A stretch of DNA of 64,000 nucleotides. It comes from Desulfobacterales bacterium. Lineage in GTDB: Bacteria > Desulfobacterota > Desulfobacteria > Desulfobacterales > UBA5852. Under the pieces are notes generated by a model. The model ran no database searches, was not told where the DNA came from, and saw only the letters and a program-made list of their open reading frames with translations. Numbering within the stretch: position 1 is the first letter of the stretch; every line of letters starts with the position of its first letter. The stretch spans positions 2,336,001 to 2,400,000 of the forward strand of contig CAXXVS010000003.1 of NCBI GenBank assembly GCA_963674755.2, written 5' to 3'. The translations under genes were made by a program, and so were the position numbers. Below, piece by piece: positions 1 to 10,501 of the stretch.

Positions 1-31
1 ACAAGGGGATAAGTTTATACGCGGCAGAAGC

Positions 32-100
32 CAGGTCTCAACTCTTGACAAACATCCTTCTTCAAATTCAAGGGCTGCTGTCAAAAGTTGCGACCTGACC
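32..100. repeat. Imperfect palindromic REP-like element
   Basis: CAGGTCTCAACTCTTGACA ... TGTCAAAAGTTGCGACCTG inverted arms downstream of the PTE gene. Confidence 0.35.
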
Positions 101-135
101 CCGCTTGATCCCCGGAAAACAAGTTCCTATATTTT

Positions 136-1119
136 TTATTCCCCCGCGAACAGGCGGCGGGGATTTTCCTTGATAATGGACGTGATCTGAGCGTCGGTCA
201 CACCGCCCTTTTTCAGTTCAGGAATGATGTTCTTGAACAAGTGGGAGGGATGCCAGTTGGCGACCAGGGGCAGGGCCGCTTCCGGCAGGTTCAAGGGCCT
301 GCCCAGCCAGTTGAGGATACAGTCGTGGGAGATCATCATCTTGTCGGCATATCCTTTTTTGATGAGTTCGATCATCACCGGATAGCGCTGGGCGTCCATG
401 GGGCATCCCACCAGGCCCTGAAGGCCCATGCGGTCCCAGGATACATACACGCCGTGCTTGAAGGTGTCTTCCTGGTACTCGATGTCGATGTTGTCGCTCA
501 TGTGGCCGATCTGGATTTGCTTGGGATTGGCGCCTGCGCCGATCAGGAATTCGGCCTGCTGCGGCCCCATGGTGCCTTCCTGGGTGTGGGTGATGATGGG
601 CACGCCCGTTTCCTTGGAAACCTGCGCCGCAGTGGCAAACATGATCTTTTCGTAATCCGTGATCGCGCCTTTGCTGGAACCCACTTTAAGGACGCCCGCC
701 TTGATTCCGGTGTCCATAATGCCCTTGGTCACCTCGGTCATAAACAGTTCGTAAAGTTCTCCGGTGATATCGCCCAGGCTGCCCCGGAATTTCCAATAGG
801 TGGGGGAGCCTTCTCCCTCGTAGTAATACCCGGTGGCGCAAATAATGTTCACGCCTGATTTTTCCGAGATTTCCTTGAGAATTTCCGGCATGCGGCCGCC
901 GTCCAGGGGGGTGGCGTCCACATAAGACTGAAGGCCATATTCGTCCTTGAGTTGCTTGAGGGTGGTCACGCCGTTGGCCACGATTTCTTTGCGGTTCAAA
1001 GGCGCGATGGTCCTGTCGCCTTCCCAGCCGGGATAGCCATACAGGATATGCTCATGCATAAGTGTTATGCCAAGGTCAGACGGTGCGATGGATCCTAAGA
1101 CGGTATTTACAGCAGCCAT
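136..1119 (-). CDS. Phosphotriesterase-family (PTE/PHP) amidohydrolase, possible lactonase
   Basis: GITLMHEH, GVLKVG, ITHT, IGHM and ISHD binuclear metal motifs; AGGAGG RBS upstream. Confidence 0.85.
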   Translation of the reverse strand: MAAVNTVLGSIAPSDLGITLMHEHILYGYPGWEGDRTIAPLNRKEIVANGVTTLKQLKDEYGLQSYVDATPLDGGRMPEILKEISEKSGVNIICATGYYYEGEGSPTYWKFRGSLGDITGELYELFMTEVTKGIMDTGIKAGVLKVGSSKGAITDYEKIMFATAAQVSKETGVPIITHTQEGTMGPQQAEFLIGAGANPKQIQIGHMSDNIDIEYQEDTFKHGVYVSWDRMGLQGLVGCPMDAQRYPVMIELIKKGYADKMMISHDCILNWLGRPLNLPEAALPLVANWHPSHLFKNIIPELKKGGVTDAQITSIIKENPRRLFAGE

Positions 1120-1209
1120 GGTTTCCTCCTTGAAATTTCGGGGCTTGGGCGCTTGGCCGGAATTAGCCTTTTGCCCCCCAATGGGAGCAAACGCCAGGTT
1201 GGGTTGGTT

Positions 1210-2865
1210 TTACAGGCGATCCCGCTCTTCTTCCTGGAGTTGACGCCATAATATTTTGCCAGCGCCACTCTTGGGAAGGGATTCCACGAATTCCACATGC
1301 CGGGGATATTTATATGCCGACATCTGCTCCTTGGACCAGGCAATGATTTCCTGTGGTGTAATTTTGCCTTTGTATGCCTTGTTAAGCACAATGATGGCCT
1401 TGACGGTTTCCACCCGCGCCTGGTCCGGCAGGCCGATGACGCAGGCTTCCAACACCGCGGGGTGGCGGTACAGGGTGGCTTCCACGTCCGCAGGCCATAC
1501 CTTGAATCCGGCCGCATTGATCATGCGTTTCACCCGGTCCATGATATAAAAATAGCCCTCTTCGTCCATGCGCCCGATATCGCCGGTCCTGAGGAATTGC
1601 TTGCCGTCGATTTCAAGGAAGGATTCCCTGGTGGCCTCGGGTTTGTTCCAGTATCCTTTAAGGACCTGGGGGCCGTTGACCACGATTTCGCCCTGCTCGC
1701 CCACAGGAAGCTCCTTCAGCGTGATGACATCCACAATGCGGGAATCCACGCCGAAAACCGGAATGCCAATACTGCCCATCTTGGGGCGGTCGGGCGGGTT
1801 CCAATGGGTTTGGGATATGGTTTCGGTCATGCCGTAACCTTCGGCGAATTGGAGGCCGGTCATTTTGTTGAATTTCTCGCCCACGGCCTGTGGCAGGGGC
1901 GCGCCGCCGCCCCCCACAAAACTTAGGGAGGAAATGTCGCGTTCGTTGATGTCTGGGGACGCCAGCATGTCAATGAGCATGGTGGTGATATTGGCCCACA
2001 TGGTCACCTTGTATTTTTCGATGGCGGCCAGGGCCGCGGCCCGGTCCCAACGGGTCAGGTAAATGGCAATCCCGCCATTGGCGATAGGCGCCAGAAAACT
2101 GTGGATCATGCCGGTCACATGAAAGAAAGGCAGCGCGGCTAACGCTACCATGCTGGGCGACCCGTTGCTCCAGTAAATAGACCCCATTACGTTGGACGTA
2201 ACCGTCCGATGGGTGTGCATGCATCCCTTGGGAATGCCGGTGGAGCCCGCTGTATACGGCAGCAGGCAAAGGTCATCCGGCCCCACTTCCACGGGAGGAG
2301 GTTCAGGTGCAGAAGCCAGGGCCTGCAACCAATTGAGCGTTCCATCAATGGTGGAAGGAACGCTGCCCATGAAGTCCGGCACTGGAATTTGTGGCTTTTC
2401 AGGAACATAATCCGTCAATGCACCGACGATGACATTGCTGATTTCCAGTTCCGCGCAGATTCCCTTTATACGCGGATAAAGCTCGGTGGTGGTGATAACC
2501 GTTTGGGCCTGGCAGTCCGTCAGAAGCGTACGCAATTCATTATCTACCAGCATTGGATTCAGGGGCACCACGACGCCGTTTGCTCGCATGCCTCCGAAAT
2601 AGCTGATGGCAAAGTGAGGGCAATTTTGCATGTACACGGCGACCCGATCCCCTTTTTTCACGCCCATTCCCGCCAGAACCCCGGCCAGGCGCTGGCAGGA
2701 ATCCCAAAACTCGGCATAGGTGATTTCCCGGCCATAATATATGATGCCGGGCCGGTCCGGGTAACGCCGGGCCGAGGTTTCCAGGAACTCGAACAAGGGG
2801 GTCTGGGGATACACTAACGCTTTGGGGACACGCTTTGGCCAATGGGGAAAATGGATATTGTTCAC
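1210..2865 (-). CDS. Long-chain-fatty-acid--CoA ligase (ANL adenylating family)
   Basis: YTAGSTGIPKG, EGYGMTET, LRTGDIG and LPKSGAGK motifs; GTG start with GGGAGG RBS. Confidence 0.9.
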   Translation of the reverse strand: MNNIHFPHWPKRVPKALVYPQTPLFEFLETSARRYPDRPGIIYYGREITYAEFWDSCQRLAGVLAGMGVKKGDRVAVYMQNCPHFAISYFGGMRANGVVVPLNPMLVDNELRTLLTDCQAQTVITTTELYPRIKGICAELEISNVIVGALTDYVPEKPQIPVPDFMGSVPSTIDGTLNWLQALASAPEPPPVEVGPDDLCLLPYTAGSTGIPKGCMHTHRTVTSNVMGSIYWSNGSPSMVALAALPFFHVTGMIHSFLAPIANGGIAIYLTRWDRAAALAAIEKYKVTMWANITTMLIDMLASPDINERDISSLSFVGGGGAPLPQAVGEKFNKMTGLQFAEGYGMTETISQTHWNPPDRPKMGSIGIPVFGVDSRIVDVITLKELPVGEQGEIVVNGPQVLKGYWNKPEATRESFLEIDGKQFLRTGDIGRMDEEGYFYIMDRVKRMINAAGFKVWPADVEATLYRHPAVLEACVIGLPDQARVETVKAIIVLNKAYKGKITPQEIIAWSKEQMSAYKYPRHVEFVESLPKSGAGKILWRQLQEEERDRL

Positions 2866-3088
2866 GGCTTCCTCCCTAGGGTGGTGGGTAATAGGAATGG
2901 TATAAGAGATACGTGTAAACGGGCCTGCGCGCCGCCTCCCGCAACGCTCGAAAGCCGCGGACAGTCAGTCCGCGTTTTCTGGACCCAAAGTGAAGCCCCG
3001 GCATAGTCCCGAACGGAAGAGAGAACTCCTATGGATAGGGCCGGATTCCCATGGACGTGTTTTTTCCACAGGCAAACCAAAATACTGA

Positions 3089-3100
3089 ACGAACGTTCGT
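3089..3100. promoter_or_regulatory. Candidate repressor operator (12-bp perfect palindrome) in divergent intergenic region
   Basis: ACGAACGTTCGT in an AT-rich region upstream of the CoA ligase. Confidence 0.3.
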
Positions 3101-3268
3101 ATTTATTCCTAACACCCAATGGCGCTCAGGTAAAGTTGTTTTTGTTGGATAAGTGATACGCATTCCTTTATGTTGCGAACGAAGTCCCATTTTCAGTTGA
3201 TTTTGAATGGCCCGGCGGTTTTGACGCCATCACCTGCGTCGGTGAGGCAAACATTAGATAGAGAGACG

Positions 3269-3997
3269 ATGAAGACCAAACTTGAGCACAAATCATCGAT
3301 AGATGACATCAGGCAGCGATTTGATAACGACGTCGAGCGCTTTTCCAATATCGAAACCGGACAAACCGCCACCATCGATGCACCATTGACAATGGCGCTC
3401 ATAACCGAAGCGGCCTATACGTCGACAAAGCCGATTCGCCGGGTTTTGGATATCGGATGCGGTGCGGGAAACAATACCATCAAACTGGCAAACTATGCGG
3501 CACCTTTCGACTGCGATCTTGTCGATCTCAGCCGGCCCATGCTGAAGAGGGCGGGAACCCGCATTTCCAAGGTCAACTCCGGTAAAATAACGATATTCCA
3601 GGGCGATTTCCGCTCCATCGACTTGCCGGAACAAGGCTATGATGTCATCTTGGCCGCTGCTGTTTTGCACCATTTGAGAGATGACGGGGACTGGACGTCC
3701 ACCTTCCGCAAAATTTATCGGCTGACGGCGCCGGGTGGCAGCGTATGGATTACGGATCTGGTGTCCCATGAAACCGAAGCGGTCCATTCGCTGATGTGGA
3801 AGCGCTACGGGGATTATCTCTGCTCGATCGGCGGCGAAGGTTATCGCGACAAGGTTTTTGCCTATATCGACAAGGAAGATTCGCCCCGGCCGGTCACTTT
3901 CCAACTGGACCTTTTGCGGAAGGTCGGCTTTAATCGCGTGGAACTTTTGCATAAGAATTCCTGTTTTGCCGCTTTCGGGGCCATCAAGGCCGCTTGA
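3269..3997 (+). CDS. Class I SAM-dependent methyltransferase
   Basis: VLDIGCGAG motif I, VDLS, YDVILAAAVLHHL; start trimmed to ATG 3269 (MKTKLEH). Confidence 0.85.
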   Translation: MKTKLEHKSSIDDIRQRFDNDVERFSNIETGQTATIDAPLTMALITEAAYTSTKPIRRVLDIGCGAGNNTIKLANYAAPFDCDLVDLSRPMLKRAGTRISKVNSGKITIFQGDFRSIDLPEQGYDVILAAAVLHHLRDDGDWTSTFRKIYRLTAPGGSVWITDLVSHETEAVHSLMWKRYGDYLCSIGGEGYRDKVFAYIDKEDSPRPVTFQLDLLRKVGFNRVELLHKNSCFAAFGAIKAA

Positions 3998-4121
3998 GGG
4001 CCTACATGGCTTTACGACCAAAAATGCGTAAAGTGCCCGGCAATCGGTGAAAAATCAGGTTCCCCTTGAATAGAGGGCTCGACCCTTTCCACCCCGCATT
4101 GAACTGAAAGTGTTAAACGTC

Positions 4122-4709
4122 ATGGAAAATGTATTGGAAACAGCAAAACAAATGCGGGCGGAAGCCTGGTCTGCCATTGAAGAGACCGATGTCATCAACC
4201 ATTGGGTTTCTATTGGGGCAACCGTCAATCTGGTCGGCTCACTTAAAACAGGCTTGCTGATAAAAAATCGCGACATCGATTTTCATATCTATACGAACCC
4301 GTTCAAGCTTTCCGACAGCTTTTTGGCGGTATCCCGACTGGCTGAAAACAGGCGCATTAAAACCGTTAGCTACGCAAACCTGCTCGAAGCTGAAGACAAG
4401 TGCATCGAGTGGCATGCTTCCTATGACGATGACAATGGGAATGCATGGCAAATCGACATGATTCATATTTTAAACGAATCACCTTATGCCGGCTATTTTG
4501 AAAACGTTGCGGAACGTATTGCCACAGTTTTAACGCCGGAGACGCGCGAGGCCATTCTCAGGATAAAAAACGCTATTCCGGTTGAAGAAAAAGTTGGATC
4601 CATTCAAATCTATCAAGCGGTAATCCGGGATGGAATTCGCGATCTGGATGCGTTTTTCCGATGGAAGCAGCAGAATCCGGACGACGGCATCATTACCTGG
4701 GTGCCCTGA
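4122..4709 (+). CDS. Hypothetical protein with nucleotidyltransferase-like motif
   Basis: LVGSLKTGLL...RDIDFHIY (GS-x-DxD) plus a third acidic residue in WQIDMI. Confidence 0.55.
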   Translation: MENVLETAKQMRAEAWSAIEETDVINHWVSIGATVNLVGSLKTGLLIKNRDIDFHIYTNPFKLSDSFLAVSRLAENRRIKTVSYANLLEAEDKCIEWHASYDDDNGNAWQIDMIHILNESPYAGYFENVAERIATVLTPETREAILRIKNAIPVEEKVGSIQIYQAVIRDGIRDLDAFFRWKQQNPDDGIITWVP

Positions 4710-4741
4710 ATGGGTAACGGAACGAGGCGTTTGCAGACAGC

Positions 4742-5059
4742 ATGAAATCGCTTTTTGACAACATCCCCGCCGAACTGCCGGATGAACTCTTCGAAACGCT
4801 GGTGGCAGCCGACCGGGTGAGGATCGAACGCATCGTTTCCCGGGGCCAGGCCTCGCCCGAGGGGTTCTGGTACGACCAGGAGGAGAATGAATTCGTGCTG
4901 GTCCTTCGGGGAAGCGCGGGGCTGCGGATGGAGAGCGAGGATGCCCCGCTCGTCTTGAGACCGGGCGACTACGTCGACATCCCGGCCCATGTCCGGCATC
5001 GGGTGGAATGGACCGATCCCTCCGGCGCGACGATCTGGCTGGCCGTACACTACCGTTGA
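4742..5059 (+). CDS. Cupin domain protein
   Basis: WYDQEENEFVLVLRG ... PGDYVDIPAHVRHRV cupin motifs. Confidence 0.85.
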   Translation: MKSLFDNIPAELPDELFETLVAADRVRIERIVSRGQASPEGFWYDQEENEFVLVLRGSAGLRMESEDAPLVLRPGDYVDIPAHVRHRVEWTDPSGATIWLAVHYR

Positions 5060-5191
5060 TCGACGACGGACTGGCCGATCTGATGGGCGGCGATCTTTGG
5101 GCTTCCAGCGGGAAATCGGCCGCGTTGCCGGTAAATTCAAGCTACACGCGTTCCACAAGACCTGCAGGCCAGCCTTTTTGCAACTCAGCGG

Positions 5192-6313
5192 TTATCGAAA
5201 AAGAAAACGCGTCAGGTCGAGGTTGTGCTGAAAAAGGGCTTCGTCGGGCAGCGCTCCGGCCTGGTTCCAAACGAGCAGGGGCAGGCGCATTTCATGGAGG
5301 GAGCCATGGGCCCGGTAGGTTGACGGCAGCAATTCATGCGCCGTGTCCATTTCACCGAACATGGTGTCCTTGTCGCCGGTCACGATGAGATCGCCGATGT
5401 GCTGCGGGGTGAGGTTGAAACGGGCGGCGGCCGCCTCCCGGGTCATGACCTCTTCCACGCCGGGCAATTCGTTTAAAACCGCAATCGTCCGGCGGAGGTC
5501 GGCCGCCCGTTGGAGCCAGATCCAGGAACAGCCGGTGAAGTTGCGGTGATGGGCGATGTAGTAATCCCTCTCGGGCGAGAGAACGAAGCGCGGGGGCAGC
5601 CCCTTCTCCGTCAGGACCCGTTTCAAATCCCAGCACTGCTTTTTGTAATTCATGCCGTGGTCGGCGGTGGCCAGGAAGGCGGCGTCCGGAGCGGTTTCGA
5701 TCGCCTGGCCGATGAGCCGGTCGAGGTTTTCCAGGTGCTCCCGCGATTCCTCCTGCTCCGGTCCCCAGGCGTGCATGGGATAATCTGTGATATGAACGTA
5801 TAGTAAGTTGATATCGGTCCGCTCCCGCAGAATCGCGATGGCCACCTGCCACAGCCAGTAGTTGATTTCCCGGGAGTAGATATCCGCCGGAGGACCGTAT
5901 TGGGTGACCACCGCTTCGGAGGGGGTCTCGGCCGCAATCCCGATTTCCACGTCCTGGTGGAAGAGCTCCAGCGTTTTGCGCTTGGACGTCAGCAGGGCGG
6001 ATTTCATCCCTTTCTGCTTGGCGCGCCGGAAAATAGTCGGGCAGGTGATCAACTCGGCCGCGTTCATGTATTCGGGGCGGCCGGAGGCCTGGTCGAAATA
6101 GGAATTGGCGCTGATGCCATGCTCCATGGGCCAGGCCCCGCAGGCGATCGAAACATTGTTCACGTTGGTCACGCTGGGGAACACCCCGGCGACTTCCTTG
6201 AAAAAGCCGTCGCGGATCATGCGGTTCAGATGGGGCATGGGGATGTGGTCGAGGTAGGCCATGTCCAGGCCGTCCATCATGGCGATGATGACCCGCTGGT
6301 TTTCTCCGATCAT
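5192..6313 (-). CDS. Phosphonoacetate hydrolase (PhnA)-like alkaline phosphatase superfamily protein, copy 2
   Basis: MDG, FPSVTNVNN (Thr nucleophile), TDYPMH, TADHGM, YRAHG; start trimmed to MIGENQ with AGGAG RBS. Confidence 0.8.
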   Translation of the reverse strand: MIGENQRVIIAMMDGLDMAYLDHIPMPHLNRMIRDGFFKEVAGVFPSVTNVNNVSIACGAWPMEHGISANSYFDQASGRPEYMNAAELITCPTIFRRAKQKGMKSALLTSKRKTLELFHQDVEIGIAAETPSEAVVTQYGPPADIYSREINYWLWQVAIAILRERTDINLLYVHITDYPMHAWGPEQEESREHLENLDRLIGQAIETAPDAAFLATADHGMNYKKQCWDLKRVLTEKGLPPRFVLSPERDYYIAHHRNFTGCSWIWLQRAADLRRTIAVLNELPGVEEVMTREAAAARFNLTPQHIGDLIVTGDKDTMFGEMDTAHELLPSTYRAHGSLHEMRLPLLVWNQAGALPDEALFQHNLDLTRFLFR

Positions 6314-6350
6314 GTCTTCTCCTTCGGTTAGGGACTGCAAGTTCGCTTCG

Positions 6351-6437
6351 TTTTGATCCAAACCCGCCACACAAACCCCTTTTTAGCCTCCTCCGAGGCG
6401 GCGCTTTGGAGCCTTGCGCTTTGCAGGCGAAGCCTCA
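6351..6437. repeat. Truncated copy of intergenic repeat family R1
   Basis: Begins TTTTGATCCAAACCCGCCAC like the copies at 27067 and 30933; degenerate 3' end. Confidence 0.4.
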
Positions 6438-6485
6438 TAATTGGGGGTTGCTTCGCGTGGATGACCGTTCCTGCCGCCGGCGGTT

Positions 6486-7619
6486 TCAGTCTAAAAAGTC
6501 AAAAAGGTATCGGGTGATGTCCAGGTTGTAGTTGATATCCCGATACCGCGGGCCGGCCTTGTCGGCATTGTAGACGAGCAACGGAATTTCCATTTCATAG
6601 AGGGAGCCGTGGCTGCGGTAGTCGGGGGGCAGAACGGCGCTCTCTTCGGGCAGATCGCCGAACACGGTGTCACGATCCGGCAGGACCACCAGATCGCCGA
6701 TGCGCGCTGTCGCCAGGCTGAAGCGGCGTGCGGCCGTGGCGTTGTCCAGGACGGCTTCGACCCCTTCCAAACCCAGAAGTGTTTCGGCCGCGCGGGTTTG
6801 GTCGGCCGGTGTATCGAGGTGGACATAGGAGACCCCCCCGAAGCCGCCGTGGTGCTTCAGAAGGCGGTCGGCCACCGGCGATACGGCAAACTTGAGGGGC
6901 ATATCGCGGTTCCGGCAGGCCTTGGCCAGGTCCCAGCAGCGCTTTTTAGCGTTCATGCCGTGGTCGGCCGTCACGGCGATGGCAAAATCCGGCGCCAGGT
7001 TATGGAAGCGGCCCAGATAGGTGTCGATGGTGCGCATGTGGGCTTGGGACTCAGGCGCTTCCGGCGGCCACATGTGCATGGGATAGTCCGTGGTATGCAC
7101 GTAGATGAACTTCAGATCGGGGCGGGTCTTAACCAGGTCCAAAGCGATATCCATGAGCCAGTAGTTGATCTCCGCCGAATACATCGGGGGCGGTGTGCCA
7201 TAGCGGTAGCAGATATCCTCCGGCGGCTCTTCGGCGGCGATGGCCAAGGTGGCGTCCTTTCCAAGGATCTTCGTGGTTTTCGATTTGCAGGTCAAAAGGG
7301 CCGACCCGATTCCCGCCCGGGCGGCCCGTTCGAACAGGGTGGGGGTCTTCAAAAAAGAAGCATCTTCCAGGAACCGGGCTTGGCCGGAAACCTTGTCGAA
7401 ATAGCAATTGGTGGTGACGCCATGTTGGTCCGGCCAACTGCCGCAGGCGATGGAAATGTTGTTGGCATTGGTCAGGGAAGGGAAGATGCAGCTGCCCGTC
7501 TTGAAAAAGCCCTGGCGGGCCATGTGGTTCATGACCGGCATTTCGGATCCGTAGTAGTAGTCGATGTCGAATCCGTCGATCATGAATACGGCCACCCCTG
7601 GAAAGATCGTTTCAGACAT
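6486..7619 (-). CDS. Phosphonoacetate hydrolase (PhnA)-like alkaline phosphatase superfamily protein, copy 1
   Basis: IDG, FPSLTNANN, TTDYPMH, TADHGM, YRSHG motifs. Confidence 0.8.
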   Translation of the reverse strand: MSETIFPGVAVFMIDGFDIDYYYGSEMPVMNHMARQGFFKTGSCIFPSLTNANNISIACGSWPDQHGVTTNCYFDKVSGQARFLEDASFLKTPTLFERAARAGIGSALLTCKSKTTKILGKDATLAIAAEEPPEDICYRYGTPPPMYSAEINYWLMDIALDLVKTRPDLKFIYVHTTDYPMHMWPPEAPESQAHMRTIDTYLGRFHNLAPDFAIAVTADHGMNAKKRCWDLAKACRNRDMPLKFAVSPVADRLLKHHGGFGGVSYVHLDTPADQTRAAETLLGLEGVEAVLDNATAARRFSLATARIGDLVVLPDRDTVFGDLPEESAVLPPDYRSHGSLYEMEIPLLVYNADKAGPRYRDINYNLDITRYLFDFLD

Positions 7620-7655
7620 TACGGCTCCTGATGGGAAAGGATTGCAGGTTACATC

Positions 7656-7844
7656 GTGTTCATCCAGAGGTGGTAGATTTTGGTTTTGGTCAAGGCCGCA
7701 GCGATTTGTCCCGCGCTGCGGGACTTCCCGTCTGATCCAACCCCGCTGGGGGTGGAAACCGCAGGCGTAGCTGAGCTACGTCGAGGATTTCCAAAGAACG
7801 AGAACGCCGGCCGGGGCCAAAAGATGCCATTTCGGGATGAACAC
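7656..7844. repeat. MITE-like palindromic element, family R2
   Basis: Perfect terminal inverted repeats GTGTTCATCC/GGATGAACAC, core GCGTAGCTGAGCTACGTCGAGG; homologous to 22137-22281. Confidence 0.75.
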
Positions 7845-8659
7845 TACATAAATTTCCGGCGGGCAAGGGTGCTGAACTGCTCCACCACGATCACCAGAAA
7901 GAAAATGCACAAAATGATGGTGGCGGCCTCCTGGTACTGGAACATGTCCATGGCCACCTTGAGTTCGATGCCGATGCCGCCCGCCCCCACCAGCCCCAAG
8001 ACCACCGAAGAGCGCACCGCCTTCTCCAGGGCAAAGAGCGACGAGTTGACAAAGGACGGCATGGCGGCCGGCACGATGGATGCCAGCACGATGTCCAGGC
8101 GGCGGCCTCCGATGACCCGCAGCGCTTCCTCGGGGCCCGGATCCACCTCTTCCATGGCCTCGGCGAAGAAGCGCCCGCAAAAGCCCACCGTATCGACGAT
8201 GATGGTCAGGGTTCCCGCAAAAACACCCAGCCCCACCGAGGCTACGAACATCACCGCCCAGACCAGATCGGGCACGGACCGACAGAAGGCGATGATAAAT
8301 CGTGTGACGACATATACCAGCGGGTGAGGGGTGTTGCGCCGGGAGGCCAGCACCGCCAAGACGAAGCTGATGGCGATCCCGACAACCGCGCCCACCAGGC
8401 CCATCTGGAAGGTTTGCAGGAGGGCTTTGGAAATGCTTGCCATCCGGCCGAGATCCGGCGGGGACATCTCCCGCAGCAAGCGCGCCATATTGGGGATGCC
8501 CCGCATCAGATCCGTCAGAGAAAGCCCGCTGCCCTTGAGTGACCACAGGAAAAAGGCCAGTCCTAAAACGTAGAGCAGAAATTGCCACGCCGGCGGCCGT
8601 TCAAAGCGGCCGGGGAGATGGGCGTGGGGCATCGGACGGCTTTCAGTGATAGATGGCAT
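7844..8659 (-). CDS. phnE: Phosphonate ABC transporter permease
   Basis: RSVPDLVWA, EEVDPGPEEAL (EAA loop), VRSSVVLGLVGAGGIG. Confidence 0.9.
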   Translation of the reverse strand: MPSITESRPMPHAHLPGRFERPPAWQFLLYVLGLAFFLWSLKGSGLSLTDLMRGIPNMARLLREMSPPDLGRMASISKALLQTFQMGLVGAVVGIAISFVLAVLASRRNTPHPLVYVVTRFIIAFCRSVPDLVWAVMFVASVGLGVFAGTLTIIVDTVGFCGRFFAEAMEEVDPGPEEALRVIGGRRLDIVLASIVPAAMPSFVNSSLFALEKAVRSSVVLGLVGAGGIGIELKVAMDMFQYQEAATIILCIFFLVIVVEQFSTLARRKFM

Positions 8660-9434
8660 TCAAGTCCCCTTTGGAAAAGTCTTGGGTGGGGCCGTTGATG
8701 ACCAGCTGCCCCCGGCGCAGAGCGAGGAGGCGGTTCGAGTACTGCAAGGCATGCTCCAGATCGTGGGAAATATAGAGCAGGGTGATGTTTTCTTCACGGA
8801 TGAGATCGACGAAGAGTTCCATCACCTCCCGGCCCACCTTGGGATCCAGGCTGGCCACAGGTTCGTCGGCCATGATGAAGTCCGGCTGCTGCATCAAGGC
8901 GCGGGCAATGGCGATCCGCTGGGACTCTCCTCCCGAGAGCTGATCGGCCCGGCTGGCCGCCAAGTGGGACAGCCCGACTTTGGCCAGGCAGGCCATGGCC
9001 TCTTCCCGCAGCGCCTGGGGCGCCATACAATGGCGCCAGGTGCGCATCCCCCCCTTGCGTCCCATGGCCCCATGGACCACATTGGTCAGCACCGACAAGC
9101 GGGGAACCAGGTTGTGGCGCTGAAAAATCAGGCCCACCCGGGAGCGGACCCGCCGCAGCTGGGGTTCGCTCAGGGAAGCGATGCTTTGGCGCAGGAAGAA
9201 GATCTCGCCTTCGTCCGGTTCGACCAGGCCCAGGCAGCAGCGCAACAGGGTGGATTTGCCGCTGCCGTTGCCTCCGATGAGGGCCACGGCTTCGCTCCGG
9301 GCAACGCTGAACGTCACGTCCGCCAGCACCGCGCCGCGCCCATGGTAGGATTTACCCAGGGAATCGACCTTGAGGTGGATGTTCTCTTCCCCGGCCGGGG
9401 ATTCCCGGCGGTGGGGTTCCGGATGGACCAGCAT
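8643..9434 (-). CDS. phnC: Phosphonate ABC transporter ATP-binding protein
   Basis: GGNGSGKS, LSGGESQRIAIARAL, ADEPVASLDP. Confidence 0.9.
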   Translation of the reverse strand: MLVHPEPHRRESPAGEENIHLKVDSLGKSYHGRGAVLADVTFSVARSEAVALIGGNGSGKSTLLRCCLGLVEPDEGEIFFLRQSIASLSEPQLRRVRSRVGLIFQRHNLVPRLSVLTNVVHGAMGRKGGMRTWRHCMAPQALREEAMACLAKVGLSHLAASRADQLSGGESQRIAIARALMQQPDFIMADEPVASLDPKVGREVMELFVDLIREENITLLYISHDLEHALQYSNRLLALRRGQLVINGPTQDFSKGDLNAIYH

Positions 9435-9442
9435 GGCGCCTC

Positions 9443-10333
9443 CTATTCCACGAAGCCGGCGAACTGGGAATAGCCGATGGTGCGGTACATGGCGCGCACG
9501 TAGGTGTAGTCCGCGTCTTTGACCGTCGGAATGAATTTCATGCCGGCATATTTCTTGTTGTCTTCGCCTTCCAGGATGGCCTGGACCAATTCGGCGGAAT
9601 TCTGGGTGAAGACCTGTTTCACCTTGGCGACCGTCTGGGGATCCACATGCCGGCCGGCCAGCAATACGTCGTTGGGCAGGTCCGGCCCGCGCGCGATCAC
9701 CTTGAAGGCCCCGGGTTCCATGTCTTTTTCCTTCCCGCGCAGTTTCAGAAACTTGTCGGTGGTCATGCCCCAGGCGGCCACATCACCGCGTTTGAGGGAC
9801 AGCCAGCCCAGGTCGACGCTGGTATGGATCACCTCCACATCCTTTAGCGGGTCCAGCCCATTGTCGGCCAGGATCTGCATCGGGGCCAGATGCTTGGATG
9901 TGGAGCCCACGGCACCGATGGCGACCTTGCGGCCCTTGAGATCGGCAACGCTGTTGATGCCGCTGTCCGCCAGCACGATCAGCGAGCAGTAATAATCCGG
10001 CCGGGAAAAGCCGATAATCGGCTCCGCATTGGTCAGCTGTTTGAACACCACATATTCCGCCGGGCCGGTGAGCACGAAGTCGACATTGTGGGATTTGACC
10101 GCTTCCACCGCGGCCGTTCGGTTGGGCACCGGGTAGAATTCGACCGCCATGCCCAGCTTGGCCGCCAGCAGATCGCGGAAAGCGCCGAATTCGCGCTGCA
10201 GCATTTCCAACCCTTCGATGTCCGTAACGGCGATACGCAAGGTTTCCGTAGCTGCGATGCCGTGGTGTGGAACCCCTGCCCATGTGGCGGCAAGGACAAG
10301 CAGAACGAAGATCATCGTGGTTGCTCTTTTCAT
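9443..10333 (-). CDS. phnD: Phosphate/phosphite/phosphonate ABC transporter substrate-binding protein
   Basis: Signal peptide, GSTSKHLAP (STS anion-binding motif), GPAEYV. Confidence 0.85.
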   Translation of the reverse strand: MKRATTMIFVLLVLAATWAGVPHHGIAATETLRIAVTDIEGLEMLQREFGAFRDLLAAKLGMAVEFYPVPNRTAAVEAVKSHNVDFVLTGPAEYVVFKQLTNAEPIIGFSRPDYYCSLIVLADSGINSVADLKGRKVAIGAVGSTSKHLAPMQILADNGLDPLKDVEVIHTSVDLGWLSLKRGDVAAWGMTTDKFLKLRGKEKDMEPGAFKVIARGPDLPNDVLLAGRHVDPQTVAKVKQVFTQNSAELVQAILEGEDNKKYAGMKFIPTVKDADYTYVRAMYRTIGYSQFAGFVE

Positions 10334-10501
10334 CTGTGTCTCTCCTTATGGGATGTCTGTTGGGGGATGCACCGGGAGGCGCTAGGACGGTAATGATCAA
10401 CTCCCGGCCGATGGCTACCGAGACTGCCGCGCCCCTGTTAATCGAACATGAGCCTAACGTTAGCTTCATATCTGCTTAACTGATTTATTTTTATAAGGTT
10501 T

